38,409 nt of DNA from a virus. Under the pieces are notes generated by a model. The model did no database searches. It was not told the DNA's origin and worked only from the letters and a program-made list of their open reading frames with translations. The position numbers were made by a program, and so were the translations under genes. This document shows, in pieces, positions 33,976 to 38,409 of this stretch (its first letter is position 1; each line of letters opens with the position of its first letter). The stretch lies in the UHGV virus genome UHGV-1369436. One strand, written 5' to 3'.

Positions 33976-34387
33976 ACGCGGTTACGCCACGCTCTTTTAG
34001 TGAGTCGATAATGTCGTATGCCCTCGCCCCTCTATAGGCCTTGGCGGCCTTTTCGTTAACGGTCGCTGTTATCTCTTTATCGTTGATACGTAAGAGATAT
34101 AGCGCAGCACCTTTGATGCCAATTTTATACAGTGGCTCATCTCGCTTATCTAGTGGTGTTGATGCGTACCTATATAGTGTATCAAGCACGTACTTCCGAT
34201 GGTCTGGCGCTGTATCAGTTGTTACTCTCATGCTATATATCTCATCTACTCGCACACTACCAACACCCCAGCTTCCATCATATACGTTCACAAACGTACC
34301 ATAAGCCTCATTTTGTATGCGCGCTTGAAACCCAGCAGCTGCTAGCTCGTCGATCAACTCTAGTGTTGTTATATAGTTTTCACTCAT
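33944..34387 (-). CDS. Hypothetical protein (147 aa).
   Basis: ORF track entry. Confidence 0.55.
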   Translation of the reverse strand: MSENYITTLELIDELAAAGFQARIQNEAYGTFVNVYDGSWGVGSVRVDEIYSMRVTTDTAPDHRKYVLDTLYRYASTPLDKRDEPLYKIGIKGAALYLLRINDKEITATVNEKAAKAYRGARAYDIIDSLKERGVTAFAKEVKNATD

Positions 34388-34643
34388 ACATCGCCACCTT
34401 TGTTGCTAAGATACCCATACGCTCACGTGGTGTAAGCCCGCCTCGCATACCGTACTCTACATCTCCAGTCATCAGAGCATCTGCTAGGCACTCGCCTTTT
34501 ACTGGACACTCAGCACAAATCTTACGTGCATCGTTGTAGTTGTTGTACCCGTTATACTCATCAGCGTATGCTTTGTTGACCGGGAAAAACGCTTCCGGGT
34601 CTGTCTGTGCGCACAGTGCGCTGCCTCGCCATTTATTCTCCAT
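34380..34643 (-). CDS. whiB: WhiB-like (Wbl) 4-Cys Fe-S transcription factor.
   Basis: ALCAQTDPEAFFP…ARKICAECPVKGECLADAL…GGLTPRER. Compare the WhiB pattern C…DPE.FFP…C..CPV…CL..AL…GvWGG..e.ER. Confidence 0.7.
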   Translation of the reverse strand: MENKWRGSALCAQTDPEAFFPVNKAYADEYNGYNNYNDARKICAECPVKGECLADALMTGDVEYGMRGGLTPRERMGILATKVAMYE

Positions 34644-34874
34644 ATATATACCTCATGCTATGTGTTACTTATATATTCTTTGGCTATATCAAGGACTGCT
34701 TTTACTGAGCGTATTGCCCCAATAGAAGGTTTGAGTATACTTCAGTATAAGTCATCGTTCTCATATTCCAAAAGTCAATTGATAGAATCCTCTGTGTATA
34801 TTAGACTATTTTTTGCTGAGTTTATTTCTCCCTTTAAAATTGCTTTTTCAGCAACCGTCGTGTTACCTCGTCGT

Positions 34875-35096
34875 TTACTCCCCATTGTCTAACCTCCCAA
34901 ATAGTCTATTTTTTATCATTGCAACCGCCCAGTCTGTAGCAGCGGTTGATGGGGTGTCGCGGTTCTTATGTTGCTCCTCCCACATATCGTACTGCGCTTG
35001 GATAATACCCATCTGGATAAGGCCTATAATCTCCTTAGCCTTCATACCGTTGTTGGTTGATTTATCAAGAATTTCTAGAATTTTCTGTTTCATCAA
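34875..35096 (-). CDS. Hypothetical protein (73 aa).
   Basis: ORF track entry. Confidence 0.5.
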   Translation of the reverse strand: MMKQKILEILDKSTNNGMKAKEIIGLIQMGIIQAQYDMWEEQHKNRDTPSTAATDWAVAMIKNRLFGRLDNGE

Positions 35097-35330
35097 TTAA
35101 TCATCCTTGCATGTTACCGCTATTGTGATAAATGAGATTGTCTCAATCGCTTTGCTCACTGTCCATAGAATCATGACTATAGACAATAAACCCCACCAGA
35201 ACCCGCTATCAAACCCTTTTGTGCTGAGTAGCCATGCTGTGAGTACACCTAATACTGTCACATACATGATGCGTGCAAAAGCAACTACAACCATCGCTTT
35301 ATGATAATCGTTATTATTTTGTTGTTCCAT
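35097..35330 (-). CDS. Small membrane protein (two TM segments, 77 aa).
   Basis: Track ORF extends to 35372. Start moved to ATG 35330 because the promoter -10 (35359-35364) lies inside the longer ORF and the conserved leader ends at this ATG. Confidence 0.55.
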   Translation of the reverse strand: MEQQNNNDYHKAMVVVAFARIMYVTVLGVLTAWLLSTKGFDSGFWWGLLSIVMILWTVSKAIETISFITIAVTCKDD

Positions 35331-35358
35331 GAGTTTCTCCTCTCTATTGTTTATGTTT

Positions 35359-35387
35359 CTATTGTAACGCAAGCATTAGCTAAAGTC
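35359..35387 (-). promoter_or_regulatory. Early promoter (- strand) TTGACT-N17-TACAAT plus conserved leader AGAAACATAAACAATAGAGAGGAGAAACTC.
   Basis: Reverse complement read directly. Confidence 0.55.
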
Positions 35388-35404
35388 AACGCTTTTACTC
35401 AACT

Positions 35405-35674
35405 TTATTTATCTCGTAGTCCCCACCGCCTAATATACCGGCCATTCATCTCTAGCCGTGTACTTCGTCCCCATCCAACACACTCAAAGTCTAACGTGCG
35501 GAACACTCCGCCAATAGTATTGTGGTGTAGAAACTTCGGTAGTGGTTTTCTCTTAAGGACGTCCTCGATTGTCACATATTGCTGTGTCTTGAGGAGGCAG
35601 CGAGCCGTAGCCCGCGCTTCCTCTAGCCATTTGATCTTTTCAGCCTTGAACATATCATTTACTGTACGTGCCAT
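35405..35674 (-). CDS. Hypothetical protein (89 aa).
   Basis: ORF track entry. Confidence 0.5.
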   Translation of the reverse strand: MARTVNDMFKAEKIKWLEEARATARCLLKTQQYVTIEDVLKRKPLPKFLHHNTIGGVFRTLDFECVGWGRSTRLEMNGRYIRRWGLRDK

Positions 35675-35688
35675 GTTTATTATCCTTT

Positions 35689-37650
35689 CTAGATATACAG
35701 GCCCTGTAGGCGCTGTAATGATTTTGCTGTTGGGTCGCTATAGAGTAGGTCACCCTTGCCAGTGAGAGCCTCAGCCCCTACCTCGTCTAGGATAATCTTA
35801 CTGTTGAGCGAGTTTGTGACACTAAAAGCGATCTTGGTTGGGATATTCGCCTTAATAAGCCCTGTCACAACGTCTGCTGATGGGCGCTGTGTTGCTAGTA
35901 TGAGGTGTATACCAACCGCCCGTGCTTTCTGCGCTAGTCTAATTATAGACTCCTCAGCAGAAGGCGGCGTGTTATCGTTGACGCGCTTCACGGCGGCTTT
36001 GAGTGCGGCCTTTGTGAGCTTACCACCTGTGAGCGTGACCTCGTCCAGGATAGCATCCTTAAGGCCTTCGTAGTCCACATTCGATAGTGGGTTTTTCTTG
36101 CTCGTCATCATAAGATCAGCAAACTCATCCACTACAACTACGATACGCGGCATCTCTCCTGGGTAGTCTGCAATGTCTCGGACGCGCTTCTCGCGTAGCT
36201 CCTTGTACCGTCTCCCCATCTCCTTTACGAGCCAGTGAAACGTCTCCGCCGCCTCCTTGGGTGAGGTGATAATATCGTTTGCAAGATGATCATCACCCTC
36301 GTACATAGCAAGCTCAACCTCTTTAGGATCGATGAGCACGAGCTTCATTTGCTCCGGTGTGAGCTGCTTCGTGAGACAGTCCAGGATTACGTTTATCATA
36401 ACAGACTTACCTGCGCCGGTCTGACCAGCGATCAAGAGGTGAGGTGTCTTTACAACGTCACAGTAGTGAACTTTACCGAAGGCGTCCATGCCGATAGGGA
36501 ATTTGAACGTGCCAGGATTAAGGCACTCATCTGTAAGAGGAACAACCTTACGATCTTTATTTGGTATTTCGATACCTACAAGGTTTGTACCTGCAATAGG
36601 GGCTTCGATACGTACAGACTCGCTCTCGAGGGCAATAGCAAGGTCGTTAGCCTTGTCTGCGATACGTTTCATACTCACGCCTCGGTTAGGCTGCATCGTG
36701 TACTTGATTACCTGCGGCCCGACGTATGTCTCACCCATCTTACCACCAATGCCAAACTCGATAAGCTTACGGAGGATCTTCTCCTCGTCTGTACCTGTGC
36801 CGTCATCGATGACAACGTTCTGTTGCTCAAAGGTATCAGCTACTCGTACTTGTCGCTTGATCTTGGCGGCGTCAAAGCCTTCTTGCTGGTTGGCGATAAT
36901 GTCCATGCTGTTCGCGCCGTTCATCCGATCGTTCATGTTGGGGAAGAACTTCGACCGGTCATCGTTTACATATTCAAATACGTTTGTGATGATTTTCTTT
37001 GCGATAGGTGCGAAAGCAAGGACAGATTGGCGATCAAAAGCAACGTCACGGCACTGTGGCGAACCATCCCGGTTGATCGTTTTCTTTATTTCTTTAAATA
37101 CTACCTCTGTTACTTTCTGATTATATTCCGCTTCTGCTAATACGAGGTAGATATAAGCTTGCATAAGGTACTTGTAACTCTCCTCGTCATCTGGGCTGTA
37201 AGCAGTAACTGTCTTGTAGTCGATAAGCCGTAGCCCATTGTCGCGCACCACCATGTCGATCACACCAACCATTGGCACGTTAGCGATACTCGCCTCGAGA
37301 CGTTTCTCAACATCTACTACCTCGTCGTAGTGTGGTGCTTCCTCAAAGTATTTATTTACGAGGCGAGTGTAGTCTTGCATCATCTTTTCACGGCTACCCG
37401 TCTTGCCAAAGTCAATCTCAGAGTCGCTTACATAGCTCATCTCCTCTAGGCCGGCCTCAATGGCAGCCTGCACGTCGCCACCGTCCTTACCGTAGAAGGT
37501 CTCCATAGCCTTGTGAAAGCTCGTACCTACTACTAGTGATGGTGTTTTAGGGTTATCGTAGATCTTTGCTATGTAGCGCTTCTGAAACTCAACTTGGTTA
37601 TTCAAGAACGTTACGATCGCTGAATACGACAGGTGGTTAACTCTACTCAT
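35689..37650 (-). CDS. Fusion protein. The N-terminal domain is a Cas4/RecB-like PD-(D/E)XK nuclease. The C-terminal domain is an FtsK/SpoIIIE-family ATPase.
   Basis: N-terminus: LSYSAI…GTSFHKAMETF…GVIDMVVRDNGLRLIDYKT…QAYIYLVL (SxS, GxxxH, D…DYK and QxxxY nuclease motifs). C-terminus: Walker A IAGQTGAGKS, Walker B VVVVDEFADL, and FtsK signature VGIHLILATQRPS. Start at ATG 37650, which has a GGAGAGGAG SD. Confidence 0.7.
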   Translation of the reverse strand: MSRVNHLSYSAIVTFLNNQVEFQKRYIAKIYDNPKTPSLVVGTSFHKAMETFYGKDGGDVQAAIEAGLEEMSYVSDSEIDFGKTGSREKMMQDYTRLVNKYFEEAPHYDEVVDVEKRLEASIANVPMVGVIDMVVRDNGLRLIDYKTVTAYSPDDEESYKYLMQAYIYLVLAEAEYNQKVTEVVFKEIKKTINRDGSPQCRDVAFDRQSVLAFAPIAKKIITNVFEYVNDDRSKFFPNMNDRMNGANSMDIIANQQEGFDAAKIKRQVRVADTFEQQNVVIDDGTGTDEEKILRKLIEFGIGGKMGETYVGPQVIKYTMQPNRGVSMKRIADKANDLAIALESESVRIEAPIAGTNLVGIEIPNKDRKVVPLTDECLNPGTFKFPIGMDAFGKVHYCDVVKTPHLLIAGQTGAGKSVMINVILDCLTKQLTPEQMKLVLIDPKEVELAMYEGDDHLANDIITSPKEAAETFHWLVKEMGRRYKELREKRVRDIADYPGEMPRIVVVVDEFADLMMTSKKNPLSNVDYEGLKDAILDEVTLTGGKLTKAALKAAVKRVNDNTPPSAEESIIRLAQKARAVGIHLILATQRPSADVVTGLIKANIPTKIAFSVTNSLNSKIILDEVGAEALTGKGDLLYSDPTAKSLQRLQGLYI

Positions 37651-38320
37651 CGTCGCTCTCCTCTCCATTATTAGCGTTAGCGGTTAGTTCTTCCTCTACG
37701 TAGATACCTGCAATGTCGAAGCCTGCACGTAGAGCGTTTGCCTCAGCACACTTAGTGAGCATCACTATAGGCATGGTTTTCCAGTTGCTTATCGGCTGAC
37801 CTTCACGGTTAGTGCGTACAAACTCATCGTAGTAGGCTGTATATCGTGTAACCTCGATTGGCGTACTCGTGTTGTCCCAGCGGCCAAATACAGGCACCGT
37901 GACGCTCAGGAGCTTATCGCCATCTTTCTTAACTTCTGCTGCACCTGTGTGAGTGTACACGCCACCCTTCCGCGCTAGCTTACGCAAACCGTGGATACTC
38001 ACGATTGGCATTAGCTCCTCGCCCCGTCGGTTCGAGTCCCAGATATATGTAGCGTAAATCTCCTTTTTAAACGGGTTCAGGCCGTACTGGTTGGCGATAG
38101 CCATAAATACCCGTAAGTCACCGATTGGACGCATCTCGCCCGTCTTGGTGAGCCCTAGGACGCTTTTATGCAAGGTGGCGATCAAGCTCAGCGTCTGCTT
38201 TTCATTCTCAGCGTTGCTGATCATACCCTTAGCGAGTGGGACGACAGGCTCATACTGGTTTTTCAGCGCAAGCTGCATAGCCCTCTTCTCGTCACGTTTT
38301 GTAATTTCTTGCTGTGTCAT
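37643..38320 (-). CDS. recT: RecT-family single-strand annealing protein.
   Basis: C-terminal MLTKCAEANALRAGFDIAGIYVEEE matches the RecT signature. Start at ATG 38320 behind the conserved leader (the track extends to 38362). Confidence 0.65.
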   Translation of the reverse strand: MTQQEITKRDEKRAMQLALKNQYEPVVPLAKGMISNAENEKQTLSLIATLHKSVLGLTKTGEMRPIGDLRVFMAIANQYGLNPFKKEIYATYIWDSNRRGEELMPIVSIHGLRKLARKGGVYTHTGAAEVKKDGDKLLSVTVPVFGRWDNTSTPIEVTRYTAYYDEFVRTNREGQPISNWKTMPIVMLTKCAEANALRAGFDIAGIYVEEELTANANNGEESDDE

Positions 38321-38350
38321 GCAAGTTCTCCTCTCTTTGCTTATGATTCT

Positions 38351-38379
38351 ATTGTAGCTCATATGGCAAGCAAAAGCAA
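38351..38379 (-). promoter_or_regulatory. Early promoter (- strand) TTGCTT-N17-TACAAT plus conserved leader AGAATCATAAGCAAAGAGAGGAGAACTTGC.
   Basis: Reverse complement read directly. Confidence 0.55.
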
Positions 38380-38409
38380 GAGGTTTTTAGGAGATTCTCA
38401 AACCGGCCG

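Noticed and set aside
36286-37140. 284-aa and 210-aa ORFs on the + strand inside the nuclease-FtsK gene.
   Set aside because: Antisense to an ORF with strong Walker A/B and FtsK signatures. No RBS. No motif content.
1-38409. Integrase, repressor or attP (temperate lifestyle).
   Set aside because: No tyrosine or serine recombinase motifs and no CI-like repressor were recognisable in any ORF, so none is annotated. This cannot be excluded for the small unassigned ORFs.

Overview
This window looks like a complete or near-complete phage genome of about 38.4 kb with two divergently transcribed arms. It is probably a virulent phage, since no integrase or repressor is recognisable. The + arm (1-29063) holds an early region followed by a morphogenesis module; the - arm (29094-38320) is an early/accessory region.

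+ arm, early region (1-5400): a 3x 22-bp iteron array at the window edge, a winged-helix protein, an HTH replication-initiator-like protein, and about a dozen small genes.

+ arm, morphogenesis module: terminase small subunit, terminase large subunit, portal and an acidic scaffold. These are followed by a collagen-like membrane-anchored protein and a lysis pair embedded mid-module (Amidase_2 endolysin plus holin-like protein). Next come tail-fiber-like proteins, one with a tail-collar domain, then a tandem paralog pair and two large Q/A-rich helical proteins. An HK97-like major capsid protein lies unusually at the very end of the module, followed by an Rpf/transglycosylase-like protein.

- arm: RecT, a Cas4/RecB-like PD-(D/E)XK nuclease fused to an FtsK/SpoIIIE ATPase, a WhiB-like 4-Cys regulator (which points to an actinobacterial host), a VRR-NUC nuclease, a KGG-repeat protein, and a GroES-GroEL-like chaperonin pair.

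A conserved early promoter plus 5' leader module (TTGnnT-N17-TAcAaT-AGAAACATAAGCAAAGAGAGGAGAA) recurs six times on both strands. There are several hairpin/TATAAT composite signals, a roughly 250-bp structured non-coding stretch at 3814-4100, and multiple intrinsic terminators.

All functional calls rest on motif recognition in the six-frame translations. No database search was possible.
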